Of a DNA stretch of 51,430 nucleotides, positions 18,390 through 27,619 are shown piece by piece. The stretch lies in assembly GCA_040755995.1 (NCBI GenBank), contig JBFMAF010000022.1:1-51430 (forward strand), given 5' to 3'. The position numbers were made by a program, and so were the translations under genes. Position 1 is the first letter of the stretch; each line of letters starts with the position of its first letter. Origin of the DNA: Acidobacteriota bacterium (lineage in GTDB: Bacteria; Acidobacteriota; CAIWXX01). Under the pieces are notes generated by a model. It was given only the letters and a program-made list of their open reading frames with translations. It had not been told where the DNA came from and searched no databases.

Positions 18390-21302
18390 TCAATTCACCG
18401 TGACGGTGACCTGGCACACCTGCGTCTCGCAGCCGGTGGTTACCGCCACCTCGGCCTCATAGGTGCCGGGCGTCGCGTAGGTATGCACCGGGTTCTGTTC
18501 GTCGGTCCACTCGCCGTCGCCGAACTGCCAGAAGAAGCCGATGTCATCCGGGTTGTAACTCCCCGTGACCGTGACGCTGAACTGCACCGCTAGCGGGGCT
18601 GTGCCGCTCGTCGGCGTTGCGTCGCAGTCGAGGCTGATCTGCGGGAGCACCACGACGATTGTCACTTCGCACTCTGCCGTCTCACCGCCGCTCGTGACGG
18701 TGCAAACCGCCTTGTACGTGCCGGCGTCGCACTGGTACTCGTGGACCGGCTCGCGCTCGTTGCTGGTGCTGCCGTCATCGCTGAACGTCCAGTGATATGC
18801 ATAATTCCCGGTGCCGCCCGTGGCCGTGACGCTGAAGCGGACTGTGTCCGGTGCGATCACGCGCGTCTGGCTCGCGCTGCACGTGACTGCGAGATCGGGT
18901 TGTGGAGCCGTCACGACGATGCGTTCGCGACACCTGGCTCGCCTCCCGCGCGCGTCCGTCACGGTCACGGTCGGATTGTAGACGCCGGCAGTTTGATACG
19001 TGTGCTGGATCGTGTGGCCCGACGTCACCGTCCCGTCGTCTGTGTCCCACTGGAAGGAATACGGCGGCCGGCCGCCGTAAGCGCCGGCGGACAAGCGCAC
19101 CGTGTATGGCGCCGGACCGCCATGGCCGGATGCGGAGCACTGCACCGTCAGCGGCTCGGCAGGGGCGCCGACTTCAATCGTGCGCCGGCACGACGCAGTC
19201 TCGCTGCCGCACGCAACCGTCACCACCGCCGTATACGTGCCCTCGCGCTCGTAGACGTGGGTGACATTGCGCTCGAAAGAGGTCGAGCCGTCGCCCAGGT
19301 TCCACGCAAACTCGTACTCGCCGCTCCCACCCTGGGCCGTGCCCGTGAAGCGAACCGTCAGCGGTGCCTCCCCCTCAGCCGGATTGGCGCTGCACGAGAG
19401 GCTCAACGGCGTGTCGGACACCTCGACCGTCGCCTGTGCGCTCGCGCTCTGCCCCAACGCGTCCGTGACGACGACGTTGGGTGTGAAGCGACCCCGGCGC
19501 GTGTACACGTGCCTGACGCTTCTGCCTGCGGCCGTGCCGCTGTCACCGAGGTTCCACTGGTACCTGTACGGAGTCAGGCCGCCGGTGGCGGTCGCAATCA
19601 GCGTGACCGCCAGCGGCGATGTGCCGCGGTCGGGCGTTGCCGTCGCGGTGACGCTCAATGTGTCAGCGATGACCTCGTCGCTTGTGGACGTCTCTCTGCT
19701 CTGCACAACCAGCGGCCAGCTCGGCTCGACGATCAAGCGACCTCTTGTGGCGCCACCTCCGGCGCGCCCGTACACTATTCCCAGGGCGGCGCTCCAACCT
19801 CGGCCGTAGTCGTTCTGACCGAGCAGCGGATAGTCGCCGTAGTCCGTCCGGTCGGCGCGAAGCACTGCGTAGAAGTTGCTGCCCAGATTGTATTCTCCGG
19901 TGAGTGCGAGCCGGTACGCCTTGCCTTCCGCGGCCTCGCCCTTGAGCGCCAGCGTGAAGCCGCTCGTCAGCTCTCCCCGGACCTGGCCGCCGCCGAAGAA
20001 CAGCGCCTTGTCGTAGATGCGCTCGCTCGTCGTGAGCCTGTGAACGCCGTCGGAGCCCGCGTAGAGCCGATCCTCGACCGTTTCTCTCGCGAGCTGGTCC
20101 CGCGTGATCGGGAGGCCCGCAAAACCGGAGACCGTCCAGCGATCGCGTTGCCACCGCACGAGGGGCCGCACCTGCACGTGGGAAGTTGCATCGCACGGCG
20201 CGAACTGGAACTGCAGGGCATCGACGAAGAGGTAGGCACCCCAGTTCTGCTCCCGCCACGTGCGCTCGTAGCCGGCTCCACCGCTGGCGCCATATCTCCT
20301 TAGATCGCCGCTCCTTTCCATCATCCCCGCAGCCTGGAACCACAGCCCGTGCGGCTTGCGCCACGCGAAGATTCCGCCGCCGCGCACGGTTGCGCCGGAG
20401 CCGTTGCCTGGATCGCCGCTGCCTCCCTCCAGCCCAAACACATAATCGAATGCGATCTTGCGATTCCGCTCGCGCTCCTCACGCAGCGTGCGCTCGGCGG
20501 CGGCCTGCGCCCGTTCGGCAGCCTCGCGGGCCGCCTGCGCCTCGTCGACACTCCGCAGCCACGCCGCGCGCGCCGCCTCCCGCTCGGCCTCCAGGTTCTC
20601 CTCCATCTCGCGCCGCGCGCGTTCCTCCGCTTCCTGCTCAGCGGCCTTCGCGCGGAGTTGCGCGAGCTCCTGCTGCTCGGCGGTGGGAGCTGCGGGTGGA
20701 GCGATGCGCGTTCCGGCGGAAAGCGGGACGTAGCCGCTCCTGCCGTCCGCCAGCTGAACGTTCGCCCACGCATCCCCGCTGGAGAAACGGACAACCGAGA
20801 CCAACGGCACCTCGTTGCCACGGCGGAGCGTGTGGATCGCGTCCGAACGAGCATCGGCGCGCACTCTCACTGCGGTCTCGGCGGTCACGGCGAATCTCTC
20901 GCCGGCGGTAGCGGCCTCACGCGACGCCGGCTCGGCTTCGACCAGGGTCAGCCGGGTCTTGCCCGGCACAGCCGGCACCTCGGTTGCCACCGAAAGCAGT
21001 GAGGCATGCATGTATCCTTCGGCAACCACACCGCTCTCGCTGAGGCGGACCTTCATCCATCCTCCGGCGCGATCGAGAAGCTCGCCCTTGGTGCCGATCC
21101 CGGCGACAGCGACGATGTCAGCGCTCTTGGTCGGACCGGAGCGCACGTTCGCGCCTTCAGCCTTCACCCAGACGCTCTCGGCGCTCACGGCGGTTGCACT
21201 GTGCGCAAGCACGATGGCACAGATCAACGGGGCGACCCAGATGCGCGCGATCCTTGGGATCTCTGCGGCGAACGCGTGGATGCCGGCGAGCTTGCGTGTC
21301 AT
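18390..21302 (-). CDS. SH3b x2 / coiled coil / putative beta-barrel / five PKD domains (inverse-autotransporter-like)
   Basis: ANVRSGP...WMKV...EGYM and VRVRA...WANVQ...GYV SH3b motifs; Ala/Glu/Arg helix; alternating Gly/aromatic strands; five W..GDG-type PKD repeats; GGAGG RBS before ATG 21302. Confidence 0.82.
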   Translation of the reverse strand: MTRKLAGIHAFAAEIPRIARIWVAPLICAIVLAHSATAVSAESVWVKAEGANVRSGPTKSADIVAVAGIGTKGELLDRAGGWMKVRLSESGVVAEGYMHASLLSVATEVPAVPGKTRLTLVEAEPASREAATAGERFAVTAETAVRVRADARSDAIHTLRRGNEVPLVSVVRFSSGDAWANVQLADGRSGYVPLSAGTRIAPPAAPTAEQQELAQLRAKAAEQEAEERARREMEENLEAEREAARAAWLRSVDEAQAAREAAERAQAAAERTLREERERNRKIAFDYVFGLEGGSGDPGNGSGATVRGGGIFAWRKPHGLWFQAAGMMERSGDLRRYGASGGAGYERTWREQNWGAYLFVDALQFQFAPCDATSHVQVRPLVRWQRDRWTVSGFAGLPITRDQLARETVEDRLYAGSDGVHRLTTSERIYDKALFFGGGQVRGELTSGFTLALKGEAAEGKAYRLALTGEYNLGSNFYAVLRADRTDYGDYPLLGQNDYGRGWSAALGIVYGRAGGGATRGRLIVEPSWPLVVQSRETSTSDEVIADTLSVTATATPDRGTSPLAVTLIATATGGLTPYRYQWNLGDSGTAAGRSVRHVYTRRGRFTPNVVVTDALGQSASAQATVEVSDTPLSLSCSANPAEGEAPLTVRFTGTAQGGSGEYEFAWNLGDGSTSFERNVTHVYEREGTYTAVVTVACGSETASCRRTIEVGAPAEPLTVQCSASGHGGPAPYTVRLSAGAYGGRPPYSFQWDTDDGTVTSGHTIQHTYQTAGVYNPTVTVTDARGRRARCRERIVVTAPQPDLAVTCSASQTRVIAPDTVRFSVTATGGTGNYAYHWTFSDDGSTSNEREPVHEYQCDAGTYKAVCTVTSGGETAECEVTIVVVLPQISLDCDATPTSGTAPLAVQFSVTVTGSYNPDDIGFFWQFGDGEWTDEQNPVHTYATPGTYEAEVAVTTGCETQVCQVTVTVN

Positions 21303-21334
21303 GGGGCCTCCCGCTGTATGCACGGTGCATGGGC

Positions 21335-21444
21335 GGAGTGCGACAGTGGCTGTGAGAGAAGCGTCCCTGTCAACCCTCGCATCGTGACGAAGCCTCTTGA
21401 TTTCGGTCTATCTTGCGTGGCCTGTCATCCCCTGGGTGGATGAC
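21335..21444. repeat. 110-bp direct repeat copy 1
   Basis: Ungapped match to 23211-23320: 93/110 by manual count, last 75 bp 69/75. Confidence 0.9.
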
Positions 21445-21495
21445 GGAGTAGATACTGACCTAACTCGAACGGCTGTGTCAAGCAGCCCGCCGAGC

Positions 21496-21664
21496 GAGCT
21501 CATCGGGATTGGATTTGAGGGTGTCGTCGCGGAGTGGCAGAATGCGTACCGCAAGGCACTGCACGAATTCGGCGTGGCTCAGCAAGGACGAGGTCGAGCA
21601 GGGCCCGGTGACTGCCGAGCAGGAGGGTCAGGACGAGCCGCCGTCAGATGCCGGTGTCGAATGA
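21496..21664 (+). pseudogene. frameshifted C-terminal remnant paralogous to CDS 9042-10160
   Basis: ELIGIGFEGVVAEWQNAYRKALHEFGV vs ELIGACPEGTAAEWQNAYRMALREFGL; after a frameshift KDEVE...DAGVE* vs KEESE...GTGFE*. Confidence 0.8.
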
Positions 21665-21750
21665 GGGAAGCTTGTAGCTGCCCGCTCCCGCCAGTGCCGA
21701 AGCACACCGGAGGAACGGAATAGGCGGAGCCACCGAACGTCGTAAGCTGG

Positions 21751-22056
21751 CTATGGGTGCGTCTCCCTGACGCCAGGAGGACCGAAACCGATTCTCTTCT
21801 GGATGGCATCGGGAAGGGCCTCGAGAATACGGCCGTGATGCTCCAAAATGCGCGAGTGCTCTTCGAGGACGGCCATGACCTGATCGACGCGGCGCTCAAG
21901 CGTGAGCCAGCGCTCCTCGCTTGCGGCCTGCCGCTCCGCCAATTTGAGCTGGGAGGTGAACATCATGGCCATTGCCTGGTCGAGCCGCGGGTATTTGACC
22001 GTATCACGGGGCGCACTCCGGCGGCCGCTTGTCTTGGAGGCTTGTCTGCGGGGCAT
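21751..22056 (-). CDS. small coiled-coil hypothetical protein ending in a KRIGF motif
   Basis: AAGGAG RBS; heptads LEEHSRILEHHGRILE; directly downstream of the CopG-like gene. Confidence 0.65.
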   Translation of the reverse strand: MPRRQASKTSGRRSAPRDTVKYPRLDQAMAMMFTSQLKLAERQAASEERWLTLERRVDQVMAVLEEHSRILEHHGRILEALPDAIQKRIGFGPPGVRETHP

Positions 22057-22057
22057 G

Positions 22058-22267
22058 TCAGCTACGCTCCTTGACGCTGGGCGCTTGCGCCTCCGCGCGC
22101 GCAGCCAGCGCCTCTTCCAGAAGTATTCGCATGAGGCTCCCGCGCGACCGGTCCTCGCGGGCCGCCACCGAGTCGATCCTTTCCTTGAGACGTTCGGGCA
22201 TCTGGACGGTCACGAATGGTCTCGTGCGTATCCCTCTTGGCGACCTCTTGGCGCGCTTCATCATCAT
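22058..22267 (-). CDS. CopG/RHH-family protein
   Basis: FVTVQMPERLKERIDSVAAREDRSRGSLMRILLEEAL. Confidence 0.8.
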   Translation of the reverse strand: MMMKRAKRSPRGIRTRPFVTVQMPERLKERIDSVAAREDRSRGSLMRILLEEALAARAEAQAPSVKERS

Positions 22268-22280
22268 GACCTGCTAATCC

Positions 22281-22309
22281 AACATAGCGCATCAAGCAAC
22301 CGTTGTCAA
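22281..22309 (-). promoter_or_regulatory. sigma70 promoter for the CopG-like gene
   Basis: TTGACA-N17-TATGTT. Confidence 0.65.
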
Positions 22310-22541
22310 GACCTAACAAGTGTTGGGACTGGCTGTGAGGTCTTGTGATAAACGCACTGACCGCTCTTCACCTGACCGTAGACTGTGTTGCTCTTCTTCC
22401 CGCTCACCGTGGGCTTGGAGGCGATTGCTTCGTGATTGATAGTGCGACAGCCTCACGCAAAGCACCGGGTAATCCCCACGCCCTGCCCAGATCGCGGGCT
22501 TTCAGGACGTCGCAGGCGTGCAGAAGACGCCTTTCGATCCT

Positions 22542-22622
22542 CGGTACACCTCATCGTCGTTGCGCCTGCCTATCAGGACAACTGGCACGATGTCTTTCTC
22601 CGCCCGGTGGCATATTCGATAC
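22542..22622 (-). pseudogene. relE 3' remnant
   Basis: 81-bp match to 10205-10285; YRICHRAEKDIVPVVLIGRRNDDEVYR vs YRICYRVDKDIVRVVLIGKRNDDEVYR. Confidence 0.85.
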
Positions 22623-22680
22623 CCCGCTTGAACGCCGGGCCGCCTGCTCCTCCTCGTCTTCATCCTATTCCTTCTGGCTG

Positions 22681-23165
22681 TCAATGGCTGGTCCAGATCC
22701 TTGTGGGACGAAATGCCAGCGTGCCTATGAGCGCGATGCCGAAGAACGCATCGGGGCGGCCGAGCAGGCAGCGCGGCAGGGCCACGGCAGCAGCCGACAC
22801 GGCCAACAAGGCTTGCAGTGACCTGGCGATCGCCGGGCGACGGTGCTCGATCGCCACCCAAACGACGATCACCGTGAGAAAGATCGACAATGCCTGGAAA
22901 AACCTCGGGGCATACTCCGGTCCCAGCCACAGATGGACGTGCCCGGCGAGGTAGTCGAATCCTATGGACTGGTTGAATGGTTGCATCCAGCTCTGGACGA
23001 AGACGGCGTCGTACCGGTAACCGTAGCGATAGGACGTGAGTTGATGCAGCAGGTCGTCCTTGGGGAGGAAGTTGCCGGGAAGGGCGACGACAACGCAGAT
23101 GAGCGCGACGCCGACCTTGACAGCGAGCGAGGAGATACTCACGTTCAACGGCCGATTCGCGACGA
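22681..23165 (-). pseudogene. probably truncated polytopic membrane protein
   Basis: TM, then LPKDDLLH loop, several TMs and GRPD; ends abruptly next to the relE remnant. Start uncertain. Confidence 0.45.
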
Positions 23166-23210
23166 GGCGCTGTTGTTCTCTTCGCCTCCTGCTGCAGGCG
23201 CCTGCCTCTT

Positions 23211-23320
23211 GGAGTACGACGGTGGTAGCGAAAGCAGCGCTCCGATCAACCCTCGCATCGTGATGAAGCCTTCTGATTTCGGTATATCTTGCGTGGCTTG
23301 TCATCCCCTGGGTGGGTGAC
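23211..23320. repeat. 110-bp direct repeat copy 2
   Basis: Matches 21335-21444. Confidence 0.9.
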
Positions 23321-23398
23321 AAGGGACATATTGTCCCTTTCGACCAGCCGTGTCAACTGGTGTTGTCTGGCTGGGAGACGCGGTGGTATATTCGCGGC

Positions 23399-25378
23399 AT
23401 GTTGGAACTGCATCGCGTTGGGGACTACGTCGTTGTCGAGTCCCTGGGAGAAGGTGCCATGGGGCGGGTCTACAAGGCCCGCGACATGCTGTTGGACCGC
23501 GTTGTGGCCATCAAGACCATCCGGGTGGAGCGCATCGCGGAGCCGACCAACCTGCGGGCCCGCTTCGAACAGGAGACCCGCGTGCTCGCTTCCCTCATGC
23601 ATCCCAACATCGTGTCGCTGCTCGACTATGGAGAGGAGGGCGGGCTGGCCTACTTCGTGATGGAGTACGTCGACGGGCAGCCTCTCGAGTCTTGGGCGGA
23701 TGCGCATCCCTTCGACTTGAGCGATATCTTCTGCCTGACGGAACACCTCGCCAACGCGCTCGACTACGCGCACGCTAAAGGCATCGTCCACAGGGACATC
23801 AAACCGGGAAACATCATGATCCCGAGGGACAACGTGGTGGCCGCGGCGAAGCTGACCGATTTCGGCATCGCGAAACTCCTTGATGCCTCCGCATTGACAC
23901 AGACGGGAGGGTCGCTCGGCACGATCGAATACATGTCCCCGGAGCAGGTGGCGGAAGCCCCCGTGGATGCACGCAGCGATGTGTGGGGGCTGGCCGTGGT
24001 TGCGCATCAGCTCATCGCCGGCAACCTCCCGTTCGAGGCCGAAACGTATCCCGAGGTACTGATGCGAATACAGTACGATTCCCCATCGCCACCCGCAGAC
24101 ATCGGGCGCTGGGACTTGTCCAGGGGGCAGTGGGACAACGTGTTCTTGCGCGCACTCGCGAAAGATCCGGAGAGGCGTTTTCAGAGCGCGGGTGCATTCG
24201 CCGAGGCGCTCGGGCAGGAGCTGATCCCGGTTTCGGCGCAGCTGCCGACATTGGTAAGCCCGACGCCCTACCCGCTCGAGCCGGAGACTCCGGAAGAAGT
24301 CGAGCATGCCGCCGCCGCGCTTCGTGCACCGCCGGAACCCGCAGTCGGTGAAGCCGCGGCCCTCATCGCCGCTGTGCCGGCACGCATGCGGACCGTGGCA
24401 CCGGTCGAGAAAAAGCCCGGAATCCGAATGCCTTCGGCCACCGTGCTGATGGCTGGAGCCGCACTGGTGATCGCGATTGCGACTGCGGTCACCGTTTGGC
24501 GGCGAACGGAGCCGGCCCTCGTGAATCCGCCGCCCGAGATGCTTCTCATCGACTCGGAGCCGCCGGGCGCCCATGTCACGATCGGCGGCCAAGCTACAGG
24601 CATGAAGACCCCGGCGCGAATATCGCAGGCGGACATCGAGCGGGAAGGCGTCGTACTGAAGCTGGATTGCTATGAGGACTTCCGCGTCGAGCCGACCAAT
24701 GCCCCGCGTGTCAGGGCGCGCCTGGTGCTGCTCCGTCCTCGAACGCTCGTCACGACCGATCCGCCCGGAGCAGAGATACTGCTGGAGGACGGGTCCCGCC
24801 TGAAGTCCCCGGCCGATGTCGACGTGCCGTGCGGATCGGTTCGGAAGGCCCGCGTATCGAAGATGGGCTACAGGTCCGCCAGCCTGGTGATCGAAAGCCC
24901 TGGGCTCAGCCCGGAGACGCATCTGGATCTGCAGGTGGGGGCACCCAGCGTTATCGATCTCGTATCGAGCCATGCGTACCTGATCATGATCAGCGATTCA
25001 GCGGGCAAGGTCGTTTGGCAGGGGCGAGCGCCGGCGAGCGTGGCGGTCATGGCGGGCTCCTACATGGTGCGCTACGCGAGCCCCGACTGCGCCGAATACG
25101 TGCGCGAGAGCCAGCTCGCCGTGGCGGAGTCGCAGACGCTGCCGTTTCTGCTGCCTGCTCCCGCAAGGCTGGCTTCGATCGCATGCGAACCGCAAGGGGC
25201 CCAGATACTCATCGACGGGCGTGAACTGGGAGAGCGAGTAGCAGGCATCTGTCTGAGCCCCACGACCCACACGATCGTGGCGGTCTGGCCGGACGGCGGA
25301 AGGGCCGAGCGCACTCTCACGCTGGGCCCTGGGCAGGTAGTTGAGCCGGTGGTGCTGCGCCACCCTGGGCGTCCATGA
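23399..25378 (+). CDS. Hanks-type Ser/Thr protein kinase with TM and PEGA domains
   Basis: LGEGAMGRVY, VAIK, HRDIKPGN, DFG, YMSPE; TM segment; SEPPGAHV, TDPPGAEI and CEPQGAQI PEGA starts. TGnTATATT lies 6 nt before ATG 23399. Confidence 0.93.
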   Translation: MLELHRVGDYVVVESLGEGAMGRVYKARDMLLDRVVAIKTIRVERIAEPTNLRARFEQETRVLASLMHPNIVSLLDYGEEGGLAYFVMEYVDGQPLESWADAHPFDLSDIFCLTEHLANALDYAHAKGIVHRDIKPGNIMIPRDNVVAAAKLTDFGIAKLLDASALTQTGGSLGTIEYMSPEQVAEAPVDARSDVWGLAVVAHQLIAGNLPFEAETYPEVLMRIQYDSPSPPADIGRWDLSRGQWDNVFLRALAKDPERRFQSAGAFAEALGQELIPVSAQLPTLVSPTPYPLEPETPEEVEHAAAALRAPPEPAVGEAAALIAAVPARMRTVAPVEKKPGIRMPSATVLMAGAALVIAIATAVTVWRRTEPALVNPPPEMLLIDSEPPGAHVTIGGQATGMKTPARISQADIEREGVVLKLDCYEDFRVEPTNAPRVRARLVLLRPRTLVTTDPPGAEILLEDGSRLKSPADVDVPCGSVRKARVSKMGYRSASLVIESPGLSPETHLDLQVGAPSVIDLVSSHAYLIMISDSAGKVVWQGRAPASVAVMAGSYMVRYASPDCAEYVRESQLAVAESQTLPFLLPAPARLASIACEPQGAQILIDGRELGERVAGICLSPTTHTIVAVWPDGGRAERTLTLGPGQVVEPVVLRHPGRP

Positions 25379-26199
25379 CCGAAGCGAAGCCCGGGACGCT
25401 GTACGTGGTGGCCACTCCGATCGGCAACCTCGAGGACATCACGCTTCGCGCGATCCGGGTGTTGGGCGAGGCCGACGCGATTGCGTGCGAGGACACGCGG
25501 GTCAGCTCCAAGCTGCTTCACCACCTGGGGGTGCAGAAACGGCTGATCAGCTATTACTACCCGAAGGAGCAGCGGAAGAAGGAGGCCGTACTGGAGCTGC
25601 TGCGGGAGGGCCGGTCGGTCGCACTGATCACCGACTCCGGCACACCGGGGATCTCCGATCCCGGCGCGGTGCTTGTGGCCGCGGCGCACGCGGAGGGCTG
25701 CAGGGTCGTGACGATTCCAGGGCCCTCGGCAGTCGCCGCCTCGATATCGGTGAGCGGGATCGAAGGCCGCGGCTTTCATTTCGCGGGCTTCCTTCCAGAG
25801 ACGCAGCAGGCGCGCCGCGAGGAGTTGCAGAAGCTGGCGCGGATGGACGTGCCGGTGGTCATATATGTGGGGCCCCACGACCTATCGCGGCTGCTCGACG
25901 ATCTGCTCCGCTATTTCGGTGACCGGCCTCTGGTGCTGGCCCGCGAGATGACGAAGAAGTTCGAGGAGGTGCGGCGAACGAGCGTCGCGGATATGCGCGG
26001 CAGGCTTTCGGATGCGCCCAAGGGCGAGTTCGTGCTGGTTGTCGAGCCCGGGGCGGTGCCTGAGGTGGTGCAGCCGGGTCTGGACGTGCGATTCCGGGAG
26101 TTGCTGGCACAGGGCCTCTCGCGTGCCCAGGCGGTCAAGACGCTGTCACGGGAGACATCGCTCTCCAAGCGCCGGGTCGCTGAGATCATCGGTGACTGA
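25375..26199 (+). CDS. rsmI: 16S rRNA C1402 2'-O-methyltransferase
   Basis: LYVVATPIGNLEDITLRA, ACEDTR, DSGTPGISDPG, IPGPSA, REMTKKFEE, KGEFV. Confidence 0.95.
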   Translation: MTEAKPGTLYVVATPIGNLEDITLRAIRVLGEADAIACEDTRVSSKLLHHLGVQKRLISYYYPKEQRKKEAVLELLREGRSVALITDSGTPGISDPGAVLVAAAHAEGCRVVTIPGPSAVAASISVSGIEGRGFHFAGFLPETQQARREELQKLARMDVPVVIYVGPHDLSRLLDDLLRYFGDRPLVLAREMTKKFEEVRRTSVADMRGRLSDAPKGEFVLVVEPGAVPEVVQPGLDVRFRELLAQGLSRAQAVKTLSRETSLSKRRVAEIIGD

Positions 26200-26215
26200 C
26201 CGGCAGCGCGAATCG

Positions 26216-27412
26216 ATGCAGGACGCCGGGCAGCTCGCGCGCAACCGCCGCGTGCTCATCGCGTCGGCCGGCATGGGGTTCATCGGCTTCACGCTCAGCA
26301 TGGCCTTCCTCCCGATGTACATCCAGCAGCTCGGCGTCACCGACCAGAAGTCGATAGCGCTCTGGACCGGCCTCTGCTTCGGCGTCACGCCGTTGATTGC
26401 CGGAGTCATCTCGCCGTTCTGGGCCAGACTGGCGGTGCGGTACGGCAACAAGATCATGGTCGAGAGGGCCATGTTGAGCTTCGTGATCATCATGGCGCTC
26501 ACGGCGCGGGTCACAGACGTCCGGCTGCTCTTCTTGCTGCGGTTTCTGCAGGGCATCTTCGGCGGCTACGCCGGGATGGTCTTGTCGATGGTAGCATCCT
26601 CATCGTCGAAGGAGGATCTGGGCAGGCACATCGGTACGCTGCAGTCGGTCCAGACGTTTTCGACGGCTGCCGGGCCGTTCCTTGGCGGGATCATCAGCGC
26701 AGCTATCGGCCTGCGCAACACGTTCTACCTCTCATCTTGCATCTATTTCGCCAGCCTGCTTTACGTTCACTTCGGGTATCGCGAGCGGCGTGGGGAATCG
26801 CATGACGGCTCGCAGAAGGAGGAAGCTGCGCCGGTGAAGGACGTATTCAGGATCGCCGGGTTCGTGCCGGTCTTCCTTGTGGTATTCGCGATTCAGTACG
26901 TGGACCGCAGCTTTGGGCCGGTCATCCCGATGTACGTCGCTCAGGTGCACGGCTACGGGAAAGGGGCGGCAGTGCTGGCCGGGCTGATACTGACGAGCGG
27001 TTCGATGGCGGCATCGATCGCGGCCATCTGGTGGGGCCGGCAGACGCTGAAGAAGAGCGCCGGCGCGCTCATGATCACAACCACCGTCGCCGGCACCGTC
27101 GTGTCGCTGCTCATGGCCATACCAGGCAACACGACGTCGCTGCTGGTCCTGAGAGTGATTCTCGGGCTGACAGCCGGCGGGACAATGACCCTGGCGTTCA
27201 GCTGGGGCGGGATGCTTATTCCGGCTCGCATCCGTACAAGCTCGTTCACGGTGCTGGCCAGCGCGTCGCTCTATGCCGTGGCCGTGAGCCCCCTAATGAG
27301 CGGGCTCATCATGACGCTCGGCGTGAACCTCGTGTTCCTCGCGAACTCCATCATGTACGCGATGACCTTCGGCCTGCTGTTCGCGCTGCGCCGGCGCGCG
27401 GATGAGACGTAG
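26216..27412 (+). CDS. MFS transporter (DHA1/MdtG-like)
   Basis: About 12 hydrophobic segments; SPFWARLAVRYGNKIMVER, LRFLQG, GPFLGG. Start may be GTG 26192. Confidence 0.88.
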   Translation: MQDAGQLARNRRVLIASAGMGFIGFTLSMAFLPMYIQQLGVTDQKSIALWTGLCFGVTPLIAGVISPFWARLAVRYGNKIMVERAMLSFVIIMALTARVTDVRLLFLLRFLQGIFGGYAGMVLSMVASSSSKEDLGRHIGTLQSVQTFSTAAGPFLGGIISAAIGLRNTFYLSSCIYFASLLYVHFGYRERRGESHDGSQKEEAAPVKDVFRIAGFVPVFLVVFAIQYVDRSFGPVIPMYVAQVHGYGKGAAVLAGLILTSGSMAASIAAIWWGRQTLKKSAGALMITTTVAGTVVSLLMAIPGNTTSLLVLRVILGLTAGGTMTLAFSWGGMLIPARIRTSSFTVLASASLYAVAVSPLMSGLIMTLGVNLVFLANSIMYAMTFGLLFALRRRADET

Positions 27413-27619
27413 CGAGGCGCGGCCTCCAGGCGTTGAAGCATGCGAGGCCGCTCTGGCCGTGGCTCGCGCAGAGAGTGGAGAGCTGAGAGTGGTGAGTGGA
27501 CGGCTCACATATGACGATGACGCATCGCGCCACAAACCCGACTCGATCGCGAAATGTTCTTCTGACCGAGCGGTCGAGTATAATCGGCGGGATGGCTCGC
27601 AGAGAGTCATGAAAGCCCC

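Noticed and set aside
21372..21443. CVACH heme-c-like motif in the + frame of both 110-bp repeats
   Set aside because: No credible start or upstream cytochrome sequence, the frames overlap other genes antisense, and several differences are non-synonymous. Probably chance, though a cytochrome 3' remnant is not excluded.
22311..22330. attC-like ACCTAAC...GTTGGG
   Set aside because: Too short, no L boxes and no integron integrase in the window.
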